Of a stretch of DNA of 64,000 bases, positions 1 to 13,050 are shown in pieces; the stretch's first letter is position 1, and each line of letters opens with the position of its first letter. The stretch lies in the NCBI RefSeq assembly GCF_035594765.1, contig NC_085842.1, forward strand, positions 315,751,749 through 315,815,748. Reading direction: 5' to 3'. Origin of the DNA: Anolis carolinensis. Its lineage: Eukaryota. The notes under the pieces were generated by a model, which made no database searches, was not told the origin of the DNA, and saw only the letters and a list, made by a program, of their open reading frames with translations. The translations under genes were made by a program, and so were the position numbers.

Positions 1-159
1 GCCCCAACATGATTTGAGCACCTGGAGACAAGGTTGAAATTTTGAATTTCCTTTTCAACTCCAATTCCAGTTACAGTATGTCCAATTTATTTTATTTTAT
101 TTTCACAATTGCCTATCTTAGAGAATGGAATTGCATAAGAAAAACTATAGGTCTCCTGG

Positions 160-161
<2 letters not shown>

Positions 162-213
<52 letters not shown>
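162..213. repeat. (CA)n microsatellite
   Basis: Long perfect CA run preceded by a short CG run; explains the HTHT/CVCV ORFs. Confidence 0.97.
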
Positions 214-215
<2 letters not shown>

Positions 216-1159
216 CCATACAAACCCTGGAGATACCAGAAATATTTTCATTTTTGGGAAGCTGTGCACTCAGATTTTGGCTTCTGTTATCCAAAATGGA
301 GACTAAAGTTTGACAATTATTAGAATGAAAAATCCATGTCCCTCAAACCTTTTCTAGAATGCAAGCAAGCATTTCTCCCTATCTTTAGAGAACATACCTT
401 TGCCCTTTTGCTAAAAATGATATTTCACTTATAGCTAAAAATGTAATTAGGGCATTTTCTGAATGGGGGAACTATTTCTGTTCACATACCAGGAATCTAC
501 AGGAAATGCCTTGGAATGTGACGAGAGAAAGAGAAGTTCAAAGGGCTCAGACTATTGTTGGCAAATGGTCCTCTTCATTTAAAGGACTGAAATATGGTGT
601 CAAAGATAAATACATTCAGGACAAAAAGAGAAAGAAAGAAAACTGCTGGGGAAAAAAGGTTTAATATGTCTTGAAAGTGCTTTCACCATCTGTCTGCTGT
701 GATAAGGTCATGTCCCTGAAACAACCTAGATCTGGTTGGCTAGAACTGAAAACCAACACAACAAAGATGAAGACAACAGATGTCACTAAAGGGTCAGGGA
801 TTTCATTCCTTTGGTGGCTGTGGTTATGCATCATAAATAACTAGAATATATACACATACAAGGAAAAAGTACCTAGAAAATGCTGCATTCCTATATTTGC
901 ACAACTTTAATAATCTTCTAGATAAAATATAGCCAGGAGCTACTTAGAGAGAAATTTCTAAATTCAGTTATTAGTTCCAACTAAAGCAAACCTACAGAAT
1001 CAATGGATACTTGGTTAGTCACCATTTATACATTTGGTTAATTTGATGACTCTTCTGTATAGTTAGTACTAGCAATGGAATTTAGGTCATAGTAATTCAT
1101 TCAAAGGGTTGCCAGATCTCAAGAGACATGAGATAAGTTCAGTTTATAAGGAGTTTATA

Positions 1160-1428
1160 TGAGCCTCTGATGGCCTAGGGGATAAAAGCCTCGTGACTTG
1201 AAGGTTGCGTTGCTGACCTGAAGGCTGCTAGGTTCGAATCCCACCCAGGGAAAGCATGGATGAGCTCCCTCTGTCAGCTCCAGCTCCATGCAGGGACATG
1301 AGAGAAGCCTCCCACAAGGATGGTAAAGCATCAAAACATCCGGGCGTCCCCTGGGCAACGTCCTTGCAGACGGCCAATTTTCTCACTCCAGAAGCAACTC
1401 CGGTTGCTCCTGACACGAAAAAAAAAAG
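1160..1428 (+). mobile_element. tRNA-derived SINE (non-Sauria lizard family), full length with A-tail
   Basis: A-box-like TGGCCTAGGGG, B-box GGTTCGAATCC, body GGGACATGAGAGAAGCCTCCCACAAGGATGG...GGGCAACGTCC, ends CCTGACACG(A)n; homologous copies at 36705-37012 and 48570-48800. Confidence 0.85.
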
Positions 1429-2524
1429 TTTGGTATAAAGGTGCCTTGGAGCAGTCCTGAATCAGGCAAGTTTGGGTTGAATCTAAGGCCATTGTTTTTA
1501 TAGCTGAGAAGTGCAGCCACTTTGCTGGAGTGACACACATATTACCTCCTCTATGTCGCCACTGCTACTGCCATCCTGGATTGGTCTTAGACCTCTATGC
1601 AAGCTCTTGGCTATCATGGACACATCTGTTGACATCAGAACATGGTGCTCTCACAACCAGCATGAATGAGTGAGGTAATGACTCCTCCTTCTCCATGGTT
1701 GTGTGGATGGCCCATTCTGATGTCAGCAGACAAATTTGCAAGAGACTGTAACTTGCACAGAGATCTGTGGCCAGTTAGGAGCAGTGGCAGTGAAAGCACA
1801 AGCACAGTCAATTCCCTTTTCCTACACTGAAGAATACAGGGAAAGAGTGATGGAGCTGATGGACACTAGATTGGGCTGAATCAGACTTGATCTAGCTGTC
1901 CACAATATCCGTTAGCTGTGGGACATTCTGGAGTTTCCAACAATTCCTTGACATCCCCCAACTTTAAACACCCCAAAAACCTTACTTATCATAATTGTGC
2001 ATTATGGAGACAGCCAGCTTTCAATTCAAGGTGACATTAGAGGTTTTGGCAAATGTAGACAAGCCCTTAGATTCCAAACAGAAAAAAATGTGTTCTCACT
2101 CAATCTTGCCCTCTTCCTTTTTTACAGTCTCTCCCTCCCCCCTCCCAATCTCAGTCTTAGTCTCTTCATTTGTTTAAATGAAGTGGTATGAGCAATTCTG
2201 GTTGATACTTAATGGATCATGTTAAAAGTCTCATCCTAATCTTAGGTTTTGACCTATCACAATCTTGGACTTCCTGAGTTACAGGATTCATTCAATGTGA
2301 CCCTTCCCTTTCCCTGCTGCCAACCCTCTTCCTGATCAGTTGCCCATTTCCTTTGAACCCACTCAAATGCAGGAAAAGTGAGATGAAGTTGTTCTGCTCC
2401 CTACTTGATCCTTCCACAGTTTGCTTTCTTAGGAAGAACAGAAGTACAGGTAATGACAGGAATTGTGAAATATATCAGGAGAAGGGAGTTCTGGTGTTTG
2501 CTAGCCCTAAAGGTATGATAAGTT

Positions 2525-3060
2525 GAGAATCTGGATCATGTTGGATCGGATTGAAAGTCCATGTCATCCAATGTCCACATAATAGGCAACCAATTGCCTG
2601 TAGGAATTTCTTAAGCAGAATATGAGGGCAACAATACACTTTTTCTCATGTTTCCAAACTACTGGTGTTCAGAGACCCATTCCCTTCAGTTGTGAAGGGA
2701 ATTTATATCTTTACTAGCTTTGCCCTGCCACGCGTTGCTGTGGCTTATGGGAATCCTTATGGAATAGCAGTGAATAGCCTTGCAGTCTCAAAGCCTGGCT
2801 GTTTTCTGGAGTAGCTGGAGTTTTTTGTTGTATGAACGTAGAGGCATGGATGAGGGGTTGTGCTGCCAAGTTTAGTGTTTCTGGGATGTGTAATTTTGTT
2901 GTTTTGTCCTAGGCCGAAATTTCATTACCCTTTTATATATATAGATGGTGCATATTCACAGATAGCCTTCTCCTCAATGTATTTGTCTAATCATTTTTCA
3001 AAGCTGTCCAATTTGGAAGCAGTAGGAAATTCTAATATAACTATGTGCTGTGAAACAGCA
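2525..3060 (-). mobile_element. Old degraded CR1-type LINE 3' fragment, interrupted by a Helitron
   Basis: Resembles the reptile CR1 3' end in reverse (GATAGCCTTCTCCTCAATGTATTTGTCTAATC...AAAGC) on both sides of 2714-2945. Confidence 0.55.
2714..2945 (-). mobile_element. Non-autonomous Helitron (232 bp)
   Basis: Minus strand starts A|TCTATATATATAAAA and ends CTAG|T. Subterminal GC hairpin GCCAC...GTGGC at 2727-2744, about 12 nt from the end. AT target, no TSD. Confidence 0.88.
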
Positions 3061-5536
3061 CCATGGGTTTGTTTATCTGAATATCTGAAATAGATTGGAA
3101 AATTACTGCTTGTGCTGGTGTTTGGGGTTGCCTTTGAAGAATGCAAATGATGGATGAGAATTTGGATATGATGGATTAATTTTCTGGGTGAGGTTTCTGT
3201 ATATCTCTAAAGAGGATCAACATAACCTGACTCATGGTTTGCTGTGGGTGGATTTGCTTATCGTCACTACTCATTGTTGTTATTTTTAAGAGTTTATGGC
3301 TGTATGTTTAAAGAAAGAAAAGAAACACCCACCATTACTAAGTAGCCAATTTTGGGAAGCTTTAGGACAGGAGTCAGAAATGACTTGAAGGCATGCAGCA
3401 ACAACAATTCCATTAAATAGTTCAAATCAAAGTGGAGGTCTTCCCAATGTTAATAAAATTATAAATTATAATTTATACATTAGAAATGACTTGATGGCAT
3501 AATAACAAGGCCATGAACAGGATGCCAGCCAATGTCTCTTCTTTGCCAATTCATAAGCAAATCGTTGATACGGCTGAAGTATAGACATTTGCTGTCATTC
3601 AAAGCACCACTGCTCCATCCTTGGGAATCTGGAGAATCATAATTTGGTGAGATATGTAAAACCTTTTTCCAAAGAGCTATAGTGCTCTTCTCTTGTCTAC
3701 ATTTACCAAGGAACCCTGCAAAGCAGCATTGAGGATTCAGTCAGATTACCTTAGGAACTGCAGTTTAGAAGGTTACTAAAGGTCTCCAACACCAAACCAC
3801 AAAGCTTGAAATTCTGCATGGTGCAGTTCTGGAAGTTAAAGGGATATCAAATGGTTATCACTACATAGTATAGATGCACCTATGGTTTTATTTCTCATTA
3901 AAAAAATACAGGAAGCAAAGCAGATTTCAAAATTGCCCCCATGTCCCTTCTTAGGAGACATCCTTATATTATTTATCTATAGCAGGTGTGGGTACTGGAG
4001 TGAGAAACGGGATCCATGACCTGCAACATTGGGGCAGGAGTCTCATTCATCCAGAGGACTGTATTTTGCTTACCTTGATCTAAGGATTTATATCCCTAAT
4101 CAATTCATTCCATCCAAAGCCCATGCCACTCATATGGTCCATCCGTACATTCTCCCAGCCTCCACCTTCATTGCCTAAGTCCTATGCTGTTCATTTTTAT
4201 GGCCCACTAAAGCACCTCACCAGACCTAAAGCAATCTGGGTTGATGGCTGTAACAGATGTTGCCCCATGTGTTTTAGAAAAACACCACCTAATTCTTCTT
4301 TGTGGCCCAGCCTACCATAAAGAAAGATTTATCTGTGTGCTAACAATATCTATTATGGGCTTTCACAAAGGGGGTAAGGGAAGCAATGACTGCTCGCTCA
4401 GTGAGACGTTATCGCCAGCCGAGTGCTGACACCTTCGATAAAAGCAGCAGCTGTATCTCTATAAAAATCTTTCCTTTTAAAACCACCAAGTTTATATCAG
4501 CAGTTAGCTGGAGAAAGCTAGAGACATTTGTCTTACTGGACTTAGCTGTCACTTCTTATCCCTCGGTAGGTTTTTAATTGAGATTGTCAAAGTGCAGGAA
4601 ATTTGACATAACACAGATGGAATACACAGGGTATGGATTTCATGCAGTCAAAATTCCCTTTCTGGGGATTTCATTGTCTCATTTTGCTCTCTCTTGCACC
4701 TGAAGCAAGTTAGCAAAGTTTGGCAGTCTTAAAGTCTGAACTCCTAGCAGTACAGAATGAATTAGAAACAATGATTCCTCGCTTCATTGGAGATAGATTT
4801 GCTTTTTTTTTGTTTTAACTTATTTTCTAGCCTTGTTTCTTATCTTTCAGATGGAAAAGCCTAAATCTAGTTCTTAATCCCAACTAAAGGATTTCCCTTG
4901 GCTCACTGAGGACTTGATAGGTCAACTGTTATGTAAAAGTGACGGTTTATCTTTGTTGGAGTTTAATTGGATTTAATTGGAAAATGGCTAAGAATGAATA
5001 AAACTATGGAGAAAGAATCAACAATGATGAATGTGCCAGGCTCATTCTCTTCCCCTTCACCCCACTAATGGACTGCATTCTTATGTCCTGGTATATGATA
5101 AGACATCACTTCTGATTGCCACTGTGGTCTATTCCTGGACATAGTATTTGGGATGGGTGATGGGGAAGATTTCCATTTTTGCAACCATTTTTGGGTCATC
5201 TTTTGAGTGACAAATCACCTACATATCCACATTAGAAGTCGATATGTGGGTTGTTGGAGGTGGTCTGGTGGCTTCAAGAAGCTAACAGGAAGCTTGAACA
5301 GCCATACTTTGACTTCTTAAGGGTTGCATGGGCCCTTTGGGACACACTTTACCCACCTATGCCCTAACGAGTGGCCAAATAACAACACATTAAAATATCA
5401 AGGACCTAAGAATCCTACGAGATAGGAACAGTATTTGGGAAAGGTGCTTTTAGGGATTTTTAATTATTGCGTGCCTTCAAGTCATTTCCAACAATGGCGA
5501 AAAAGGTTTTCTCCTTAAAAATGCTTTGTTTAAAAC

Positions 5537-5585
5537 TCTCTCTCTCTGTGTGTGTGTTATTATGTGTGTGTGTGTGTGTGTGTGT
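5537..5585. repeat. Compound (CT)n/(TG)n microsatellite
   Basis: Directly visible. Confidence 0.9.
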
Positions 5586-8500
5586 ACAGAAAATTGTGCT
5601 TTGTGCAAAATGCAGCTTTCTCTCTCTCTCTGTACACAATTTTCTGTACAAAATATGGTATAGGTGGAAACAACGTAAGTTTTATTTTTATATAGAATTC
5701 TTGGCATGCCAATAATCAAAGAAAAATGTGCTTAACTGCTCATAATCTCATCCATTGTGTGTGGGGGGGGGGGTGGGGGGATTCTCATCATTAGTTCTTG
5801 CATGCAAGTAATGAAATAAGCAGTGTTTTCTCACTAAGATCCTATTGAGGACCTCGTTGTTTCAGCGAGACAGAGAGATTGATCACCAAAAGGTTGTCTA
5901 CCTGAGTACGTCAACAACAAACTCAATGATAATATGAGATCATTGTGGACCTCATCACTGGGAAAGCCACACATGCTCAATGGAAGCACAGATCATTCAC
6001 TGTGTGTGTGTTTAATATCCTTGGCCATTCTGGTTAGATAGAATCTTCCTGCAGAATATGCAACCAATTAACTCCAGATCTTCCTCCATTGATGAAATGC
6101 TGATGAGCAAGAGAGAATTTGCAATCTAAATACAATCCAATATGCAGTACATCCAAGGAGATCATTATGCATAGCCTCTGGGCAGGTAAAACTAAGCAAC
6201 ACATTTCTTTTGCATTAGTCATATAGTTTCTAGGCAAGTAAAGTTAAACTAGACACAAATCCTCAGCTTTTGCAATGGAAAGAAATTGAATTGAAAGCTA
6301 ACCCTTTAATAATTTATAATATATAGTAAAAATATGGGACAACGACCCCAAATTTTGCAGGAAATATCCTAAATATTAATCCATATCTTGTGCTCTCAGC
6401 TTCATTATGTAGGCTTTTTCTCCCATTTTACATTCAAAGCTCCAACAGCTCTGACATGATAAATTACTATCTTTGGTCTCAGCATGAGTAATTTTTCCCT
6501 CTTAGCTACTCACACTGTTTCTGTTATCATGCTTACAGGGAAGGCAAACACTGGACTATCTTTTTAAAACAATGCAAATAAAGCAAGGCAAAAAGATGGG
6601 GAGGGGGTGTCTCTACAGGTGTCCACCTTGAAGAAGACTGATAAACTTTCATTCTCAGGGTGTGAAGTGATAACTGTGAACAGCAACTGGTTATCATGTT
6701 CTGAAGAAAGTGAGGGTACATCTGGGACACACTGGAACACACACAAAGAAAATGCCCCTGTGCCAATAAAGCAAGAAATCTCTACATAGAAGAAATTAGC
6801 TTTTTGGTAAGAATCAAACCATCCTTCCATGACCTCCAAAAAGGGCATACATACCTGCGTCACCCCATGGCCAGCCAATCCAACCTCTCTGATAGAAATA
6901 CACAATTCAGAATCAAAGCTCTCCCAACAAATGACCACCCAAGCTGTTTAAAAGCTTCCATAGAAAGAGAACCCATCACATTCAGTCAGTTTACTGCACT
7001 GTCAAACAGCTCTTTTTGGCAGAACATTCATCCCAAATTCATCCTAAAAGGTGGAATCTCTTTTCCTGTAGTTTGAAGTTATTTCTCCATGTTCAAGCTT
7101 GCTCCCTTCTCAATGTGACATCCTTTAAAATATTTAAACGTGGCTATTATTTAAACTTCATTGCTGTATATGCATGTGTTTGACTAAGTTTTTGTGGGAT
7201 CACTACTTGTGTATGTGTGTGTTAAGGGAAAAACACCTGGTCAATTACAACTCATAGTTGGGTAATTGGAGCAACCAAGGAGAACAAGCTTGAACCACTC
7301 CCTGAATGGGGTATAACTTGGGGGAATGTTTGTAATGCTTCTTGGGACGTACTGAAATCCTGGCTGAGAGCCTACTATGCTTGTTTCCTTGTATCATTGA
7401 AGAAATCTCCAAAGAAGATGCATGAATTTAATGCAAAAAATTTTATGTGAGTTTGTTGCTCCAGATGGACTGAGTTATTTTGAAGCTGGAGGTTTTGTGT
7501 TTTTGAAGCTGCTTGTTTAATTTTCTCATTGACTCTGCTATTTAAGAGTAAACTTTGATTTTTCCATTTTCCTGGCTTGTTTCTTTTGCTCATTGCGGAT
7601 GCACAAAAGGCCTGGATAAGTCTGGACAGGACTTGCACGCAGTTTGTTTTTCCACAAACCCGTAACAAACTTGGCCTTCTCGGCCTTCTCCTCTCCAGGT
7701 TAAATATATATCTCTCTCTAAGTCACTCCTCCTAGGGCTTACCTTACAGACTATGGACCATCTTGGTTGTTCTTCTTTGGAAACAAGCTGAATGCTTGAC
7801 AACATATTCAGCTCTTTGCCGCTACCTAAATTGACCCATGTTACATGGACTATATCACTCCAGATATGATTCAGTGCAGGAAAAAACAATTACAGGAGCT
7901 ATCAATGGACTATGATTTTGTTGTCCTTGGTAATGACCATCTATTCATGACTACATGTAGCTGTTTTATACTGAGATACCATTACCCTACCTCCCTTAGC
8001 TACATATTTTCCCAGTGACAGCTAGGCTCCCAAGGTCTTTGATGGAGATTCCCTGGGTCTTTGCCTGAATGTCTTTAATTGGAGATCTTCCTTTCATGCC
8101 CTTTGTATTCCAGCAAACAAGCAGGCATTACCTTGCAGCCTGGAGAAGGAACAGGTTGGGAAACATTCAATTACCAGCCCATCTCTGACAATGATGCCAT
8201 TAGTTCAAAGAATTTATTGGAAGGAAATGAAAGTTCCAGGCTTTTGAGGAACTGTAGCCAGCTTTCAAGATTAACTGACAAGAAAATATATTGAGTGCTA
8301 CTAATGGGAGATGTGTCCTGTCTCCCAACAGGAGTGTGTTGGAGCTGCCATGCACAAATAATGAAAGATTTTACAAAATGTGCCTACAACGTAATTTATA
8401 TGGAACCAACACGTGTCATAATGCCGGGTAGTGAATGACCTATGATTCTCTAATGTGTCCTGTAAACTCATTAGTTGTGTTGGGGGTGGGAAGTATCCAG

Positions 8501-8814
8501 ACAGATGTCCAGGGAGCCATGATGGAGAGAAAACGGATTGCACCAAGAAAGCTTTGCAGGCAGCTGTCTGAAATGCTCATTGAAAACATTTTATAAATTT
8601 ATATTTTAAAAGATTCCTGGTGGGAACAGAAGGTATTATTGGCTACAAAGGCAGTTAAAGAGTTGTTTCATTTGCACTAGGGTTGAATTTTTGTGCCTGT
8701 TGGATTCAACTATATGTATCTAAGATTGCAATATACAGCAGACTCATGGACTTCAGTTGATCCAAGGCTCTGGTTCAAAAACAGATATTTCTTGGGAGGC
8801 AGTGAGAGAGGGTA

Positions 8815-9022
8815 AGTGTACATCTACACTGTAGAATTAATGCAGGTTAACACCACTTTAACTGCCATGGTTCAATGATAAGGATTTGTAGCGTGGCGAG
8901 ACAGCAGTACTCTCTGGCAGAGAAGGCTAAACACCTTGTAAAATTATAACTCCCATGATTCCACAGCATTGAGCCATGGCAATAAAACTGGTTTTAAACT
9001 ACATCAATTCTACGGTGTATAC
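8815..9022. mobile_element. Palindromic MITE, probably PIF/Harbinger-type
   Basis: Long inverted arms CATCTACACTGTAGAATTAATGCAG..CCACTTTAACTGCCATGG / CCATGGCAATAAAACTGG..CATCAATTCTACGGTGTA. Relatives at about 3775-3880, 9140-9330, 30870-31045, 34320-34455 and 39255-39425. Confidence 0.7.
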
Positions 9023-9584
9023 CATATGAGATAAATAATCTGTGTTGCTTAAATTACCAGCTGTTAAATTATGTTCTCCAATCTTCTCTTTGACCCTTGT
9101 ATTCGCAATGCAGAGGCCTTGCCAAAAACTCTACTCAAAGGTCAAATTATAGCCTGGAAATTCATAACTCTATTGCTTTACTGTCATTGTCATTGAACTT
9201 TTATTCTATTTAAACTTCCATAGTAATGTCATAAGGAATCTTGGGATGTGTAGTTTGAGGAGGGATATTTAGAATTCTCAGCCAAAAGGCCGCACTAAAC
9301 TACAAATGTCTGAACTCCACCGCACTTTGAGTGAAATAACAACAGAGTAACATGGTAAAGCCTTGGAAAACCATTTCCATGAGGACAAGAATGCTTGCTC
9401 TCTGAGTTTGTAAGCATTTCTCTGTATAAACTCCCAGAATTTTATAGTCGACATAGTTTGGAGATTCTGGGGCATTTAGTCCAAAAAGTAAAATCTCCAA
9501 CCTCTGTTTTTTCCCATGCAGTTGTCCATATAAAGTGGAAACAAGTCTTGTCCCTTCTCTACTCATCCAGTAAGTTACTATCCA

Positions 9585-10071
9585 TGTCACAGACAAAAAA
9601 AGGCAACAAAACTGTATTTTTGGGACAGGTACTGGGCAAATCTAAACTGTATTTTGGGGAGCAATCCTTAAAATCCCAGAGAATGTCCTGGAAAAGAATA
9701 TACATAGCCACACTGTACCACAAACAGACTTATTGCATTTGCCAAAAAAAAATAGAGTACATAGATCAGGTTGAAGCCAAAATTCAGCCACCAAAGGGGC
9801 AGGATGAGGATCCAATGACCAGTACGCCTGCTACTTTTAAACCAAATTTACACGTAAACCGGGTTTGAAGGCAACAGGAACAAAGGTTTATTACTTTCAA
9901 GCCTGAAAGGATGTCTGATGCAGAGTCTCCACTCAAAAGGAATTGGACATAGTCATGCAATACAAGACATTTTATTCACTTTGACAGTCATTCAGAGTCC
10001 CTGCCCTTGATTGTTTAAAAATGGTCAGATTTTGGATCTGGGTTCTTGTTGGCTGGGGAATCCCTGTGACA
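9585..10071 (-). mobile_element. Possible solo LTR
   Basis: Termini TGTCACAG...CTGTGACA (8-bp IR), flanks TCCA/TCAA (4-bp TSD, one mismatch), minus-strand AATAAA near 9887. Confidence 0.45.
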
Positions 10072-11594
10072 TCAAAGGTGGACGGAACCACTGTTGAGAT
10101 GGGAAAAATAAACAGCTGTCATTTGCCAGTTCAAAGTTGGAGCCATTTGGAAAGTCTGTCCAGGAGGAGGGGGCTGGACTGGCAAAATGGTTTAAAGCTA
10201 TATGCCGAACAGTCCAAAATTAGACAATTAAGTCAGGTCTACACAAAGTCATGAGCCTCAGAGACAATGGGGCTGTTACATAACTATTTAACAACTCATA
10301 TTTCATCAAAGTGCTGTTTGTGCCTGACATTTCCCGACACCTGGATTCCTTCAGAAGATTGGGTTCTTTGTTGACAGCGTTGTCTTCTTGGGTGAGTTCA
10401 CCTCACAGAAGAAGGAAAAGTTTCACAAGTACATACATAATATTTCATTTAAGATTTTACCAGATGTGCTGGACCTTACTTACACATCTCCATTTCAGCA
10501 CATTTCAGTTACTTTTAATATAAAACATATGTGTGAGTCCCAAATAGATTATAACCATATGTACAGCATAAATGATATTTCAAAAAGGAACCAGAAATGT
10601 ATAGTTCTGAAGGTTGGAACAAAACTCCTTTTTAGGGGATTTGGGATTGATCTATTGTGTTGGGTTTTGGTAAGCACACATTTTGCTTCCACCTTCTCCC
10701 AAGGCCTTTGGGTTGGATAGTTCATTCGTTAATCCTCTCTGGAATGCATGGGTTTTGGTGGGTCTGCTGGAGACACAATCTACTTTGGACAACTGAAACA
10801 GAACAGCTTTGCTATTGAGAAACTTGTATGGAATAGAATATCTATATACAAAAATGGCACAACATGATTTGGAGGCTTACACCAACTTGATCTTTTAACA
10901 GGGGGCTGATTATTTGACAATAAGGTTACTCTTGGAAAAAGAAGATACATAGCCATGCTGCATCATAAACAGACTTCTCATTGGTCATATGCACACGCAA
11001 ACAAAATAAATAGTGAATATAGTCCCTTTAGGTGAAAACAAACCTTTTAATGGCTTACTGTAAAATGAGATCTTTCAGGCTTCATTTTAACCTTTTGGCT
11101 TCCAAAAGCAGAGGCATGCCAAAGGCTCTATTAAGGGTCAAGCTATAGTTCAGGGAATGATATTGCTATGAATTCTGTATTTCAAAAGTAGACAAGTGCC
11201 AGAAGCATGTGTTTTAAGCAATAATAAAATTGCCCTGGTCTTTGGATGCAATGTTACCCTGTCTAAGCCTCCAGGAAGATTTTTGGCCTGCGGTATAAAA
11301 CCTAAAGGCCATATTGTATGATGTTGCTTTCAAGGCATTGTTGCATTGTAAGGTTGTTGAAAATATGTGTGTGTGGAGAGGGGGATTCACACTAAGCTAA
11401 TGACCCTTTTCACCAATTCACTAATCATTTTGTGTGCAGATGTTTTTCACCACTTTCCTTCATGAACAATCAATTATGACCAGATTATCATTCTGCTAGC
11501 ATTCCCAAGGAAATCACCAACAGGAAACTCTTGAACTACTCAGATGGGGAAGATAACTTTCATAGTAGGTTTAATAATAATTTTAATAAAAATA

Positions 11595-13050
11595 ACTTTA
11601 TTTATATCCCACCCCATTTCTTTGAGGGGACTCAAAGCAGCTTACAACATGGCAAATATTGCTTCCTTCCATTTTCCCCAGCATCATTATCTTCTCCAAG
11701 CTTTCCTGTCTTCTCATGATGTGGCCAAAGTACTTCATCTTTGCCTCGAATATCCTTCCCTCCAGTGAACAGTCAGGCATTATTTCCTGGAGGATGGACT
11801 GGTTTGATTTTCTTGCGGTCTAAGGCACTCTCAGGATCTTCCTCCAACACCACAGTTCAAAACCATATATCTTCCTTTGCTTAGCCTTCCTTTTGGTCAT
11901 CAAGTCCCGCACGTCGCATGATGTGTTCTGCATACAAGTTGAATAGATAGGGTGAGAGTATACAGCCCTGGCGTACTCCTTTCCCAATTTTAAACCACTC
12001 TGTTGTTCTGTTCTTACTGTTGCTACTTGGTCATTATACAGATTTCTCCCCATACTACCAAGAACTTCCCACAATTTATTATGATCCACACAGTCAAAGG
12101 CTTTAAAATAGTCAAACAGAAATAGATGGCATTTTTTTCTAAACCTTCTTATCTTCCTCCATTATCCAGCGGATATTGGCAATTTGGTCTCTCGTTTCCC
12201 TGGATTTTCTAAAACCAGGTTGTACATCTGGCAACTCTTGTTTCATGCATTGCTGGAGTCTACCTTGCAGGATATTGAGCATTACCTTACTGGCATGTGA
12301 AATAAGTGCCACTGTATGAGAGTTTGAGCATTCTTTAGCATTTCCCTTTTTTGGTATGGGGATATAAGTTGATTTTTTCCAATCTGATGGCCATTCTTGT
12401 ATATTTTCTATATTTACTGGCTTATGGCATGCACCACCTTGACAGCATCATCTTTCAAGATTTTAAACAGTTCAGCTTGAATCCTGTCATCTCCCGCTGC
12501 CTTGTTATTAACAATGCTTCTTAAGGCCCATTTCAACCTCACTCCTCAGAATGTCTGGTTCTAATTCATTCACCACACCATCAAAGCTATCCTCAATATT
12601 ATTATCCTTCCTATACAGGTCTTCTATATAGTCTTTCCACCTTCTCTTGATCTCTTCAGCTTCTGTTAAGTCCTTGACATCTTTGTTTTTGATCATGCCC
12701 ATTTTTTGCCTGAAATTTACCTCTGATGTTTCTAATTTTCTGGAAGATATCTCTTGTCATACCTATTATATTGTCTTCTTCCACTTCCATGTATTGCTTG
12801 TTTTAAAATAGTTCCTTATCTCTTCTAGCTAACCTCTGGAATTGTGCATTTAATTGAGCATATCTCCCCCTATCACTGTTTCCTTTTGCTTTCCTTCTTT
12901 CTTGAACTACTTCCACTGTCTCAGCGGACAACCATAATCAAAATAAAATGATGGTAATAAAATGATAAACCAATAACCAATTTAAATAGAATCAACACAA
13001 GTAACTAAACTACCTGTAAAAGTGAAAAAAAGTAAACCAAACATATTAAA
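11595..13050 (-). mobile_element. L2 LINE 3' UTR fragment split by a Bov-B fragment
   Basis: 11595-11650 plus 12936-13050 align colinearly with the uninterrupted copy at 45575-45730 (…CTTACAACA…ATAAACCAATAACCAA…TTTAAATAGAATCAACAC). Confidence 0.75.
11663..12935 (-). mobile_element. Bov-B (RTE clade) LINE fragment, decayed RT ORF with internal deletions
   Basis: Translated pieces GMIKNKDVKDLTEAEEIKRRWKDYIEDLY..EPDILRSEVE, DHNKLWEVL..RNLYNDQVATVRTE, FELWCWRKILRVP, LEGRIFEAKMKYFGHIMRRQESLEKIMMLGKMEG are typical of RTE/Bov-B. Confidence 0.93.

Noticed and set aside
42-323. Low-complexity ORFs (HT, CV, YI, N, Y, I runs) here and elsewhere
   Set aside because: Translations of microsatellites.
9395-9868. 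157-aa ORF
   Set aside because: No recognisable motif, non-ATG start, and it runs across a probable LTR boundary.
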